The notes under the pieces were generated by a model that saw only the letters and a program-made list of their open reading frames with translations, was not told the origin of the DNA and did not search any database. This document shows positions 38,600-51,614 of a stretch of 64,000 nt of DNA, in pieces; positions within the stretch are counted from its first letter, which is position 1, and the number at the start of each line of letters is the position of its first letter. The stretch is from Chara braunii. Lineage: Eukaryota > Plantae > Charophyceae. The position numbers and the translations under genes were made by a program. The stretch spans positions 4,045,298 to 4,109,297 of the forward strand of contig BFEA01000033.1 of the NCBI GenBank assembly GCA_003427395.1. Reading direction: 5' to 3'.

Positions 38600-41582
38600 G
38601 GGCATACTCACACGAGGACCAAAAGACCCAAAATCCCAAAATTTGAATCATTTTCCAGGTGGAGAGGCTCCCTACCTAAATGCCTCAAACGGTGACCCTT
38701 CTGTCAGCGGCCTGCAGGGCCGCGGGCGGACCCTATTTGAGACCACCTCCGGAGGTGGTCTCAAATCACCTTTCGTTTTTTTTTTTCTATGTTCGCGAAT
38801 TGAAGAGAATCGTAGACGAAGAAGACAGCCCGCCAAACAACTGAAAGTGCGACCAGGAACATTTACGTTGTAGCGAAGCCCCACGCGTTATGCTGATACC
38901 ACGCCGGGCGTGGAGGCACAGCCAGGACGGCGGCGAACTGGCAATCGCCCTTCGACAGTGTCCCTGCGCTTTTGTTGTCGACCCGCCAAAATTCCAGTCG
39001 ATGCTGGTTCAACCTCCGACACAAGATTTCAAACAGCACGCCACAGCCTTCACGCTACCATGTCCACACCTCGATCCGGCCCACCCATCACAGATCACAG
39101 GTTCAACCTCCGACACGAGCGCACACCACAGCCTTCACGCTAGCTCCAGCCCGTCAATCCCCCATTCCCCGCCTCCCTTCGGTCGCCCTATCCCGCCCCC
39201 GCCCGTTCTCGCTCTCCACTCTCCAAAGACTCTCGCTCTCACGACCTGGCAGCACTCCGGCACTCTTCATGCATTTGGATGCATTCCACACCCGATAGAT
39301 TCTTAATGTTGGACTTGTCCAATGCACCTGGTCCACACCACGTCCAAATGGGTGCAGATTGTTGTGAAGGGCGCCGAGCTTTTCTGGCAGGGCGGAAGAA
39401 AAAAGGAAAAGGGGAACCGCATGCCTTTTCGTTTTATTTCCCCTAAGGATATTCCACCCGTATCTGGCCCTCAAACTTGGCCAGGTACAGGGCCTGGCTT
39501 GGTGGGAACACTGGGAAGTTTGTCTGGCTGGGGTTGCTTGTGACTGAAAACAACGGCCTTCACACCAAGCCAGCCCCTGTATCTGGCCGTTGTTTTCAGT
39601 CACATTGCGGGGTCCTTGTTGATCTGTGCTGGTGACCGGCCTGGCCCCTGATTGCTGCGAGTCCAGCACTTCAGTCTTGGGGCATGCGGGTTCCCAGAAG
39701 GTGCATCACAGATTTTGGGCCTCGCTGTACTACTCGAGACTCTCAAATTTTCGAGAGTGGATCGCCGCTGCACTTAGGGCCTTGCCGGACGGCACAACTA
39801 ACGAAACGAAATGACCACCAGAGTCGTGAGGCGTCGCGAAGCCCTGATCTACCGTTTCGCTTCGTTTTTTGCCTCACCGCCCCACAGCACACACGAAACC
39901 TCTCGCGACAACGCCCTGGCGAGAGTAGTGCGGGATTCACTTCGCTACGTTCCAAATTTGTGGACGCTACGGTCCAAGTTTTTGGATGGACCTCGGTTGG
40001 AGCGATGCAGCACACTCGTGAGATTTCGCAGCTCCTCCACCCTACCAGCGGAGGACCTACCCCGCTCGTGAGGGCTCGCGAACTTGGACACTGACAGCAT
40101 TCACGAGTTTTTCCTGACAGAAGTCGTGTGGGTGCTATGCGGCGACTGCTTCACGAAACGAAGTCGTTTTTTTTTTCGTTTCGTGCACCGTGCAGCGAGG
40201 CCCTTACTGTCGCTCGGGAAACTCTCGAAACCCCATTGAGAGCTGTCAGAAGGCACGGGATAACGCCACTCTCGAAAAGTCGAGAGTCGCCCGCCTGCAA
40301 AACACAAATTCCCAAGTGTCCTCAGGAGTTGCCCGCCGACCGGCTTGTTTTTTCGAGAGTGGACCTCCTGTCCCGATGGCCAGACCAGCCTGGCGTTGTC
40401 CCGTAGCGTAGCAGTACATGTCTTCTATCGAGTCCCATGATGCCCGGGGTTACAGTAAGTGCAGCGACGGCGGGTATTTTGAGAGTCTCGCCTCTCTGAC
40501 AACACTAGTCGAACTCTCGAAATATTTCGAGAGTCTAGAGTAGTGCAGCGAAGGCCCTTTTTCTTTTTTTTGTCGATGCACTTCAAAAAAAGAAAAAAAG
40601 AAAAGAAAAAAAAAAAGAAAAAAGAAGGGCGACGGCCTTGAGATATCATCATTAAGCTGACCAGCCCCAGGTAATTCAGAAATAGTTGGTTTTACAACTT
40701 TTACTCATCAACTTCCATCATCTGGATTCGAACACGGGTCTGTATTTTCAACAGTTAATGGGTGTACCCACTGAGCTAGGCTCTTGGGTCTTCGACACAC
40801 TTTTCAAAAGGCCTGGTACCACACCACAATTTCTTGGGCACACCTGCATCCATCTGGCTGCTATGGGTCCGCAAACAGTATCACGACCTGCTAGCACCAC
40901 GCCCGGTGCTTTTTTTTTTTGGTTTCTTACTTATTTTTATCTTGAGGCACTTTTTTCTTTTATTTTTTTGGAGGCACTTTTTTTTTGCCCTGTAACCTGC
41001 TGATTGCAGGAGAGTGAGGTAGAGAGATCTGGGGATGATTTGGTGTGGGCATTCCAAGGGACAACCAAGGGTAGCTGTTGGGATGATGCTCTCCAGAGCT
41101 GGGGCGAGTAGTGTTGCTCTGTAACCTAGCCAGGTGGGGGTGTGAGGCCTAGGAGAGCAAGGCAGGGAATAAGACAATGTTGGACAGTTTTAGAGAGTTT
41201 TGTTTGGGAGTCTAGGGGTTCTGAGCATTAGAAAAGAGGTGGGTAGTCATTCACAGTTTTTTAACCTCTCCTTTAATTCTCTTGAATTTCTTCAATAGTT
41301 CTCAGATTGATTCCCAGCCGAAGCCGGGTAATGGCCCTGGCATCTCAAATGACTTGTGCAACTCTATATGGGACGCTGGGCCCGGTTCCCAGCACGTGCT
41401 GCTCCCCACGAATAGACTGGAGCATTTGTGAAAGAAAAAAAAAGAGGCACTTTTTTTCCTAAGCTAGAAGAGGTGCAACGACGAGGTCACCCCTTGTGAC
41501 CACGTGGGGACCAAATGCCTCAAAAAACCCGAAACACATGCCTCAATGTTTTGAGACTTTTGGTCCCCGTGCGAGTATGCCC
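38600..41582. mobile_element. Non-autonomous PIF/Harbinger-type element
   Basis: TIR gggcatactc(a/g)cacg(a/g)ggaccaaaag at both ends; 3-bp TSD TGA. Confidence 0.8.
39717..40557. mobile_element. Nested Tourist-like MITE
   Basis: ~40-bp imperfect TIR gggcct(t)cgctg.actactc.agactctc. TTT on both flanks. Internal tcgagag/ctctcga motifs. Confidence 0.7.
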
Positions 41583-42053
41583 TGAGTTACCGCCGGTGGC
41601 TGGTTTCTTCTCTTGCTACTGGCTTCGTGCGAGGTGGGCTCTTCGTTAATGACGCTTTTTGCAAGTACTGCAGGTGAATGTGAGTAAGTGATTGCAAGCT
41701 AGAGCCTGAAGTCTGTGACAGGAGCCTGAAGATGGGGAAGGAACCTGGCAGACGAGTTCCCTGTCGTGCGCCAGCATGTCCGGCGAGCCCGTGTTAGCCG
41801 CGGGGGCGGACGCTGGAATGAGACGCGCGAGATTCTGAGTAGAGGCACAGACGCAGAACTTGTCAATAAGTAATACAGAGGGAGCGCAAGCGCTGATAGT
41901 AGGATGCACGGGCTCGGACACGGGACAGAGATTGACACACACATGCTTTTTTTGAGTGTATAGCGAATATGACAACACACACACAAACGCTGTAGAGACG
42001 AGAAGTTAATCCGACGTTTCTCCTCCGGGTTCGCAGAGACACAGTCGTTCGTG

Positions 42054-42123
<70 letters not shown>

Positions 42124-42200
42124 GAGTTGAGTATTCGGCTGAGAGAGAGAGAGAGGAGCTGAGTACTCGGCCAGCGTGGCAGCAACAGACGGCAGTGGAA

Positions 42201-43331
42201 ATGGGGTACGGTTCAAAAGCCGGCTCATCGCAACCGCAGACGAGTGAAACTCCTGGTGTGCCCTTGATGGGCGGTTCAGTAGGTTACGCAGGACCGATGA
42301 CGATGACGGGATATGTTGGCGGTCCAACGGGTTCGGCTCCTTCACCTCCCGCAGGGTACGCTTCCCTGCCAACTACTGTGCCCACATTAGCTCCCAACAA
42401 TCCACCGTACAATCAATCATACGTCGCGTCTCCATTTCTAGTCCCCGCTCAGCTTGGTACGGCTCCTCCCGGCCCCATGCCGTTCCCGCTTCAACCAGGT
42501 CCACCACCAGCTGTCGTGGGCCCAGCAGGNATGGGTTATCCAGCGATGGGCGGCGGCGGCGGCGGCGGGGGGAGCGTGCTTACTACGTTCGCGGTCGTTG
42601 CTCCGCCAGGTCCTCCCCTTCCGCCCATCACCTACGTGACCGGCTATGATGCTCCCAAACGAAACTGGGAGGGTGGTCTATGCANTTGTTGCGCAACGAC
42701 CAGCTCTGGTAGCGGCGGCTGTGGCCTGTGTTGCCTCACCTGCTGCTGTCCTTGTATCACTTTCGGCAAGTCCATGAGAATCGCCCGCTTGGGCGTGTGC
42801 TGGAGCAGCGGCCTTTTGTTCTACATCCTGACCGTCGGTATGCTCATCCACATGGCGATTTTTTCATTTCTAGTTCCGAATGTCATTACTCCAAAACACC
42901 ACCACTACCACGACGGCTACTATGTAGGCAGCAACGACGGCTACAACTACACCGGCGGCTACATCTACAACGACAACGGCAGCNACAACTACAGCGGCGG
43001 CTACAACTACAACCAGGGCTACGACTACAAGGAGTCCGAATTTGACTATTTCACGTTGAGCGACCAGAGAATTTTTCTGGCGGGGGTTGGTCTGATGCTT
43101 ATCGGTTCTTGTCTCTTCGGAGGGAATTATAGGCGTTTGATGAGGAAAAAGTTCAGAATCCAGGGGCACGTAGCAAACGATATGTGCATGCATGCATTCT
43201 GCTCTAGCTGTGCGCTGTGCCAGGAGCACAGAACGCTCCATAACAACGTGAAGAATGGCGAGTGGGTGGAGGCGGCGCCTGTTCAAGCTGTGTCGGTGGT
43301 ACTCCCTCCCATTCAGCAAACAATGTCTTGA
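42201..43331 (+). CDS. PLAC8-family cysteine-rich membrane protein, single exon
   Basis: Pro-rich N-terminus; WEGGLCxC; CCLTCCCPCITFG; two hydrophobic helices; YRRLMRKKFRIQG…DMCMHAFCSSCALCQEHR. The ATG is at 42201; the upstream ORF extension is microsatellite. Confidence 0.9.
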   Translation: MGYGSKAGSSQPQTSETPGVPLMGGSVGYAGPMTMTGYVGGPTGSAPSPPAGYASLPTTVPTLAPNNPPYNQSYVASPFLVPAQLGTAPPGPMPFPLQPGPPPAVVGPAXMGYPAMGGGGGGGGSVLTTFAVVAPPGPPLPPITYVTGYDAPKRNWEGGLCXCCATTSSGSGGCGLCCLTCCCPCITFGKSMRIARLGVCWSSGLLFYILTVGMLIHMAIFSFLVPNVITPKHHHYHDGYYVGSNDGYNYTGGYIYNDNGSXNYSGGYNYNQGYDYKESEFDYFTLSDQRIFLAGVGLMLIGSCLFGGNYRRLMRKKFRIQGHVANDMCMHAFCSSCALCQEHRTLHNNVKNGEWVEAAPVQAVSVVLPPIQQTMS

Positions 43332-43706
43332 TAGATTAATAGATAACAGGCGTGCATATGCGTCCATGTAGTGAATCGCACCTGGCTGGTGAGGTCATTG
43401 CACTTTAATACTCATCTAATCAATACCGGCACTTGCTGGACCCATTTTTTGCATACTCATTTGTATCATCGCTTAGGTGTCATTTGACTGTACCATATCC
43501 ATACGTACATATCATCACGTCGTCGGGTAGCATCCACTTCTCCTGCACGCGCCCATGCGCTCGAGTAATCACGTGCGTGTTCATTGAATGATATGCGTGT
43601 GCATGCCATCACGTGAGTGCTGATGCAATCACGTGCGTACTCATGCAATCAGGTGCGTGCACGACACGTCGCGCGTAAGCTTTGTGAGCATAGGTAGTCG
43701 TCACCG

Positions 43707-43742
<36 letters not shown>

Positions 43743-44097
43743 CGGGCGTTTCAGGGAAGGATTCATTCCCCATTCCGCTGCCAACGGACGGTTGCGTGCT
43801 ATTCGACCCTTCATGATACCGCAGGACTTACCTGTCTGACTCTTGCGAGCCTCCAGGCATAAAGTGCAGCAATTCGGGCATCTCTGCTGAATTGCGGGAC
43901 ACGAAAGGCCTCCAACCTCATCCGTATGCCTGTGCATTGTGACGATATTGACGCGTGCACGAACTGTTTACCCGCAGACCATGCATTTCTACCGTCCATG
44001 GGATTCTCGGGTCCATTAAGTGGCATTAACACATTCTAGCCTTGCCCCTGTATAGTATAAACGATAAGTCAGAATACAGTAGTCAGCTTCACAAACT

Positions 44098-44101
<4 letters not shown>

Positions 44102-44172
<71 letters not shown>
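44102..44172. repeat. (AG)n microsatellite
   Basis: Direct inspection. Confidence 0.97.
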
Positions 44173-44174
<2 letters not shown>

Positions 44175-44434
44175 TCTTCCCATGAAATTGGTGCTGTGGA
44201 TGGAAGATAATTCTGATCCCTGCGGCGGTTTGAGGGGTGTTTTATATTGGTATTTATTGGCAGGTGGGCTCGGGAAGCTGATCTACGTGCTAGACCGTCG
44301 TCGAGACTGATAAATAAGTAACGAGCTACATCCGTACTGATGTCTAGATTAGGTGCACAGGGCCGTGAAGCCGCCGTGTGAGAGGCGTTCCCTTTCTTCT
44401 TTTTTTTTTTTTTCCTTTTTTTTTTCTTTTTGGC

Positions 44435-44670
44435 TATGAGGTTTCATCTGCTGCCACTCCAACCAAAAATTCGTAATCCACCGTACGATTCCATCATCGT
44501 TCAAGAGATCAGTGTTCAGCCGGAAGTAACCCGGACCTCTTTCTGCAACCTCAGATAGAGAACATGTCATCACCACCGCCTTGTGGTCCGAGATAGGGTA
44601 GTTATCTGTCCTCACCCGGATGACATTGCTTTTCAAACCCTCAGAGACCAGTCCCTTTCTTGCGTCCGGA
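44435..44670 (-). pseudogene. L1-type LINE APE endonuclease C-terminal fragment
   Basis: SDHKAV…RGPGYFRLNTDLL…W. Confidence 0.75.
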
Positions 44671-45009
44671 AGACTATATTTTCGTTGTTTCCTTTTTTAT
44701 TCTTTTTTTTTTTTTTTTTTTTTATGTGGCCCGATGGACCACGGATCAGATATTAAACTGTTCAGAACAGATACTACACTTGATCTTAGCCAAAAGGCCG
44801 AGAAAAGTGTTCACGATCATGGATTCGAACATGGGTCTGTATTTCAGCAGTTCATGGGTAAACCACATCGGTGCCTGCCGATGCTTTCTCGAGAATCGAT
44901 TCCAAGGAGACGGGCCAACTGCGCGAAAAATAGTTAATTGCCACATGGCCACCGACATTAAAAAAAAAAAAAAAAAGCATAAAAGAATAATCACAACAAT
45001 TAAACCCCG

Positions 45010-45312
45010 TAGAGGTCTTGGGTTCAATGCCCACTGGCCTCATGTACCTTCCTGGGCAAGCTTGGCGCCCGCCACCTAGAGATATGCCGTTGGTTCCCCC
45101 GAGTGGCATTGAGCAGAGACTGCTGATGTTCATAGGGGGAGGGGACCGGAGGGGAGGCACAGTGACCGGCGCATGGATCCTGATGCTACCGGCTGACCCC
45201 TGGCTGGTATCGCCCACCTGCTGTAGCAGGTATCGCACCTGCTGGTGGGTGCAGCTCCGGCTCGTTGGAGGCTTGAGCACGGATGTGGCTGCTACGTGGT
45301 TCCCCGTAATAC
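45010..45312 (+). mobile_element. tRNA-derived SINE, family A, 5'-truncated
   Basis: gggttcaatgccca (B box) followed by a body shared with the two neighbouring copies. Confidence 0.65.
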
Positions 45313-45439
45313 TATAATGACAATAAAAAAGGCCTGAAAGGCCGTCCTGTCCAGATTTGGCAGGTAGTTGAATTGGTTGGGCTTAAAGAATTAGCCTTTT
45401 TAATTAAAAAAAAAAAAAGAAAAAAAAAAAAAGAAAAGT

Positions 45440-45738
45440 GTTCACGGGAGAGCATATGGGGGCTGCTCCCGACCTGCAGGTGGGCGATACCCGCCACGGG
45501 ACAGCCGGTAGCGTCAGGGACCATGCCAACAGGACCGATCCCTGTGCCTCGCCTCAGGTCCACTCCCCTAAGAACATCAGCAGCCTCTGCTCAATGCCGA
45601 TCAGGGGATCCAGTGGTCTATCTCTAGCTGGCGGGGGCCAAGCATGGCCAGGAAGGTACACGAGGCCAATGGGTATTGAACCCACAGATCTTGTGAATGC
45701 CACTTGTGAACCTTACCAGCTGAGCTAAGCCGTTGGGT
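45440..45738 (-). mobile_element. tRNA-derived SINE, family A
   Basis: Minus strand reads tagctcagctggta (A box) … gtgggttcaatacc (B box) … tggcctcgtgtaccttcctgg. Confidence 0.75.
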
Positions 45739-45992
45739 ATCTTCTCCTTTTTTTTTCCCTTTCATCCTTTGGAAAATTTCGATACGCCCCTGAAAGTTAG
45801 ATCTATTTTTTTTGGCAGCACGCCCCTCGGACGGCCGACTTACCCTGTCGTGCCCTTGGGGCCTGTGAAATTTCTTGCCGGCCCCTGTCAGTGAGGGGTG
45901 CAACATTCCAACATGCCCCTGTGGCCATTCCCATGGCCCTGGGAGAGGCGCTACCGGGGTATACTGGAAATTTGGAACCCTTACCAGTAGGG

Positions 45993-46415
45993 GCATATTT
46001 AGCTCAGTTGGTAAGGCACAGAAGTTGCATTCAGGAGGTTGTGGGTTCAATCCCCATTGGCCTCACGTACATGCCTGGGCAAGCTTGGTGTTCTACCAGC
46101 TAGAGATAACCCGCTGGCTCTCCAAGCCAGCATTGGCAGGACCTTGGCCAAATATTGTTGGCTGCTATGCAGCAATGATATTTGCCATTAGCCACCGCTA
46201 ATGTGGGGTTGGAGGGGGGTAGGGGGAGGTGCAAGTGACTGGCCAAAGATGCTCGGCACTACCATCGCCGGTTGCCCCCGTCGGCAATGCCTGATCACCC
46301 TGCATCATCGTGATGAGGGGCCGATACAAGCCTTGCTCTCGCACCACTGCTGTGGTGCAAACCTACCCGGTGGGCTGGGGAGAGTTTCAGGTTTGGTTGG
46401 TGTTCCCCCGTACTA
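45993..46415 (+). mobile_element. tRNA-derived SINE, family A
   Basis: tagctcagttggta … gggttcaatccc … tggcctcacgtacatgcctggg. Confidence 0.7.
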
Positions 46416-46574
46416 TACATAGAGTAGCGAGACGATGAGATAGAATATATGCAAGCGAAGTTTGAGAGAAGAATATAGATTACTTAAAAAAAAAAAAAAA
46501 CATATTTTAGGCCGAAACAACGCCAGTGGATTTTCAGAAACTTCAATCGGCCTCAGAAGGGCGCGACATGGTAC

Positions 46575-46657
46575 GGCCGAGTAGCCCAGTGCGTAGAGCA
46601 ACGGTTGGAAATGCGCATTGTGGTATGAGGTTGCAGGTTCAAAACTCGATTGCAGCC
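46575..46657 (+). promoter_or_regulatory. tRNA-like Pol III internal promoter (A/B boxes), repeated in each array unit
   Basis: GGCCGAG-TAGC(T/C)CAGTGCGTAGAGC … AGGTTGCAGGTTCAAAACTC. No closing acceptor stem. Confidence 0.7.
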
Positions 46658-47881
46658 TCACGCATTTCCGGCCGGGCTGGCGGGCGTTGACCAACGTGCA
46701 GCTGTACACACTGTCCTCTGGGTGCTGCATCGTTATGAATACAGACCCTGTCTGCATCACTCAGGGGACTTAGTCCAAGTTGTTGTATGCTGGGTCTTGA
46801 CTATGCGTGGGCTGCTTGACGTGGCCATTGATGGTTCTGATATTCTTCCCTGTTCAGGCATATAATACATTGGCATCAATTCACAACGTAGCACATATGG
46901 TAGGGCTGTAACGAACTGTTTTCTGCAACCTCGCGACTTTCTGCGCAAGGCTACTTCGGGGGTTGATCGATATGGGCCCGCCGAATTGCATGTATGCCCT
47001 CACCTTTTCGGAATTGAAGCTGGTATGGTCCCACGCCGATTGGTAGTTGATCGCGCCTTAGCGAGCGCAGAGGATATTAACTGTTGCCATAGCTTCTTTC
47101 TTGTTCTGCTGTGGGAGATGGGAATTTTGGAGCGATAGCCGCGCGGGAAAAATCTTTTTGAATTTTCAAGTGATGTCGAGCCCCTGCGGGCTCTCGGAAT
47201 TTTTTTCTCATATTTCTTCTTGCAATTAGGACTTAGGCTAGGAGTTTGGGTGCATCGCGATGCTGTCGACAACTGCACGGTGCTTCTTGCTTGCGCGCTC
47301 CTTGCTGCGCCAAGGTCTGTGCTCTGGCTTCCCCACACCTTAATCTTACGTGCAATTGTAATTCTCTTCTTGGCAGGCGCGAATGTAATTGTAATCTTCT
47401 CCTTCTTGATATCTTCGCGTGCGTAGTCTTTCCAATCCTATTGGCCTAAGCGATGAATGACTGGATCGATGCGTGGAGAGTGGCTACGTCCCCCGCGCCG
47501 CGGCCCTACCATCCAGTCGTAGGCACTACCTTCCTCCTTCTTCCCTCCCACTCAGACGCAATCTCGGGTATCTCGCGCAAACGCTCACGCTATAAATATT
47601 GCAAGCGCAATTAAATAGCTCTCTATGAATTTTGGAGTTAGCGCGGTCGAGAGTATCGGCTAACAAGCAAGCGTCGGAAGGTGAGTAGAGAGTTGGGCGA
47701 TCCGACGAGCTGGTGCTGGGTATGCGGGGTTGACGTGGGGCCATGATGGACTGTGGCGCACAGGCGAACCTTGCTTGCATGCTCGGACTAAGCGGGGTGA
47801 CAACTCTATGTGGGTGCGAGGCAACGGACTGCCCGCATCGAGATACTGTGAAGAGAGAGAGAGAGAGAGAGAGAGANNNNN

Positions 47882-47959
<78 letters not shown>

Positions 47960-48043
47960 ATAGTACGACCGAGGAGCTCAATATGTAGAGCAACGGTTGG
48001 AAATGTGCATCGTGGTATGAGGTTGCAGGTTCAAAACTTAATT

Positions 48044-49010
48044 AACAGGGGATTCGTGAAAACCTCAGAATCGGAGAAAAACTTACATTTCTTATAGAAT
48101 GAAAAAGTAAAAGTCAAACTGTTGTTTTTTACACAAAAAGAGAGCGTTTTTAATCGTTTTGCGATAAAGGAGGCAAAAAATCAGGTGAAAAGTCTAGCGT
48201 TCCTAAAAATGTGCAAGAAAACTCTTCCTTGGAAAATGCTTTTATATGACTATAAGTCATTCTCAGTGGATTGGCAAAAAACCAGAGTTCAAACATGGTA
48301 ATTTTTAAGGGTGACAAGGCAAACTTGAAAGATGGAAAAAAAAACATGTTTTGGTGAATACTCATTTATAGGACTATAAGTCAGTTTCCGCAGTTAGGTC
48401 AAAGTCAAGCTCTGCACGAAATAATTTATAGGACTATCAATCATTTTTCAACTTAACAATAAAAACCTTATCAAAAAATATATGTCATTTAAATTTTAAA
48501 ATAAGAATACGAACAACTTTTGCCTCGGAGACACCTTGAAATTCTTAGCCAAACACGAGTTTAAAATAAAAATATATAGGAAAAAAAATTAAAACAAACA
48601 ATAAAAAATAATATATTCGCCCATGTATGGGAAACCATGTTCAAGCGAACGTATTCACGAATAGGAGAATATGTTTGCGCCTTCGGGAAACCCCCGAATA
48701 AATTCATCGTGCTACACATCTTATAGGACTATAAACACATTTTTTTTTTATAACCAAAAATCAGGATATTTCAGTTCTTGAACCTACGGTGCTCCACCAG
48801 GTCGTGATTTTCTATGAAAAAACCCGCTTTTTTCCTCGCCCCCTCCAGTAGTTCAGAAAAATTAATTTTCTGTTCTTTTTTTTGCGGATGTTTCATTTCA
48901 CATAGAATTTTGTTCCTAGAGGAGACCTGAAAAACGTACTATCATCATCTTGAATAGATTTCGTGCAAACCTAACAATTTGTTTTGTTAGGTTTTCACGA
49001 ATCCTATGTT
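48044..49010. mobile_element. AT-rich MITE with 4-bp AATT TSD, in array unit 2
   Basis: TIR aaca(gg/ta)ggattcgtgaaaacct. Removing it restores aaaact.aattgcagcc as in sister units. Internal ttata(g/t)gactat motif x4. Confidence 0.85.
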
Positions 49011-51533
49011 AATTGCAGCCTCGCGCATTTCCGGCCGGGCTGGCGGGCGTTGACCAACGTGCAGCTGTACACACTGTCCTCTAGCTGCTGCATGGTTATG
49101 AATACAGACCCTGTCTGCATCACTCACGAGACTTAGTCCAGGTTGTTGTATGCTGGGTCTTGACTATGCGTGGGTTGCTTGACGTGGTCATTGATGGTTC
49201 AGATATTCTTCCCTGTTCTGGCATATAATACATTGACATCAATTCACAACGTAGCACATATGGCAGGGTTGTGACGAACTGTTTTCTGCAACTGCGCGAC
49301 TTTCTGCGCAAGGCTACTTCGGGGGTTGATCGATATGGGTCCGCCTAATTGCATGTATGCCCTCACCTTTTCGGAATTGAAGTTGGTGTGGTCCCGCGCC
49401 GGTTGGTAGTTGATCGCGCCTTAGCGAGCGCAGAGGATAATTGTTGCCATAACTTCTTTTTTGTTCTGTTGTGGGAGATGATAATTTTGGCTCGATAGCC
49501 GAGCGGGAAAAATCTTTTTGAATTTTCAACTGATGTCGAGCCCCCGCGGGCTCTCGATTTTTTTTTTCTCATATTTCTTTTTGCAATTAGGACTTAGGCT
49601 AGGAATTTGGGTGCATCACGATGTTGCCGACAACTGCACGGTGCTTCTTGCTTGCGCGCGCCTTGCTCCGCCACGGTCTGTACTCTGGCTTCCCCTCACC
49701 TTAATCTTACGTGCAATTGTAATTCTCTGCTTGGAAGGCGTGAATGTAACTGTAATCTTCTCCTTCTTGATATCTTCGTGTGCGTATTTTTTCCAATCCT
49801 ATTGGCCTAAGCGATGCATGACTGGATCGATGCGTAGAGAGTGGCTACGTCCCCCACGCCGCGGCCCTACCATCCACTCATAGGCACTACCTTCCTCCTT
49901 CTTCCCTCCCACTCAGACGCAATCTCCGGTATCTCTCGCAAACGCTCACGCTATAAATTTTGCAAGCGCAATTAAGTAGCTCCCTATGAATTTTGGAGTT
50001 AGCGCGGTCGAGAGAATCGGCTAATGAGCAAGCGTCGGAAGGTGAGTAGAGAGTTGGGCGATCCGACGAGCTGGTGCTGGGTATGCGAGGTTGACGTGGG
50101 GCCATGATGGACTGTGGCGCACAGGCAAACCTTGCTTGCATGCTCAGACTAAGCGGCGTGAAAACTCTATGTGGGTGCGAAGCAACGGACTGCCCGCATC
50201 GAGATACTGTGAAGAGAGAGAGAGAGAGAGAGAGAGGCGACATGGTACGGCCGAGTAGCTAAGTGCGTAGAGCAACGGTTGGAAAATTAATGTGCATTGT
50301 GGTATGAGGCTGTAGGTTCAAAACTCAATTGCAGCCTCGCGCATTTCCGGTCAGGCTGGCGGGCCGCGGGCGTTGACCAACGTGCAGCTGTACACACTGT
50401 CCTCGGGGTGCTGCATGGTTATGAATACAGACCCTGTCTGCATCACTCAGGGTACTTAGTCCAGGTTGTTGTATGCTGGGTCTTGACTATGCATGGGTTG
50501 CTTGACGTGGTCATTGATGGTTCTGATATTTTTCCCTGTTCTGGCATATAATACATTGGCATCAATTCACAACGTAACACATATGATAAGGCTGTGACGA
50601 ACTATTTTCTGCAACCGCGCGACTTTCTGCGCAAGGCTACTTCGGGGGTTGATCGATATGGGCCAGCCGAATTGCATCTATGCCCTCACCTTTTCGGAAT
50701 TGAAGCTGGTATGGTCCCACGCCGGTTGGTAGTTGATCGCGCCTTAGCGAGCGCAGAGGATAACTGTTGCCATAACTTCTTTCTTGTTCTGCTGTGGGAG
50801 ATGAGAATTTTGGCGCGAAAGCCGCGCGGGAAAAAACTTTTTGAATTTTCAACTGATGTCAAGCCCCCGCGGGCTCTCGGAATTTTTTTTCTTATATTTC
50901 TTTTTGCAATTAGGACTTAGGCTAGGAATTTGGGTGCATCACGGTGCTGCCGACAACTGCACGGTGTTTCTTGCTTGCGTGCGCCTTGTTGCGCTAGGGT
51001 TTGTGCTCTGGCTTCCCCTCACCTTAATCTTACGTGCAATTGTGATTCTCTGCTTGGCAGGCGTGAATGTAACTGTAATCTTCTCCTTCTTGATATCTTC
51101 GCGTGCGTATTCTTTCCAATCCTATTGGCCTAAGCGATGCATGACTGGATCGATGCGTAGAGAGTGGCTACGTCCCCCACGCCGCGGCCCGACCATCGAG
51201 TCATAGGCACTACCTTCCTCCTCCTTCCCTCCCACTTAGACGCAATCTCCGGTATCTCCCGCAAACGCTCACGCTATAAATTTTGCAAGCGCAATTAAGT
51301 AGTTCTCTATGAATTTTGGAGTTAGCACGGTCGAGAGGATCGACCAACGAGCAAGCGTCGGAAGGTGAGTAGAGAGTTGGGCGATCCGACCAGCAAGTGC
51401 TGGGTATGAGGGGTTGACGTGGGGCCATGATGGACTGTGGCGCACAGGCGAACCTTGCTTGCATGCTCGGACTAAGCGGCGTGACAACTCTATGTGGGTG
51501 CGAGGCAACGGACTGCCCGCATCGAGATAGTGT

Positions 51534-51614
<81 letters not shown>

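Noticed and set aside
42051-42200. N-terminal extension of PLAC8 in the ORF track
   Set aside because: It is a non-ATG start within a (GT)n(GA)n microsatellite.
43510-43675. Cluster of CACGT/G-box motifs downstream of PLAC8
   Set aside because: Short degenerate repeats 3' of the gene; no evidence of regulatory function from sequence alone.
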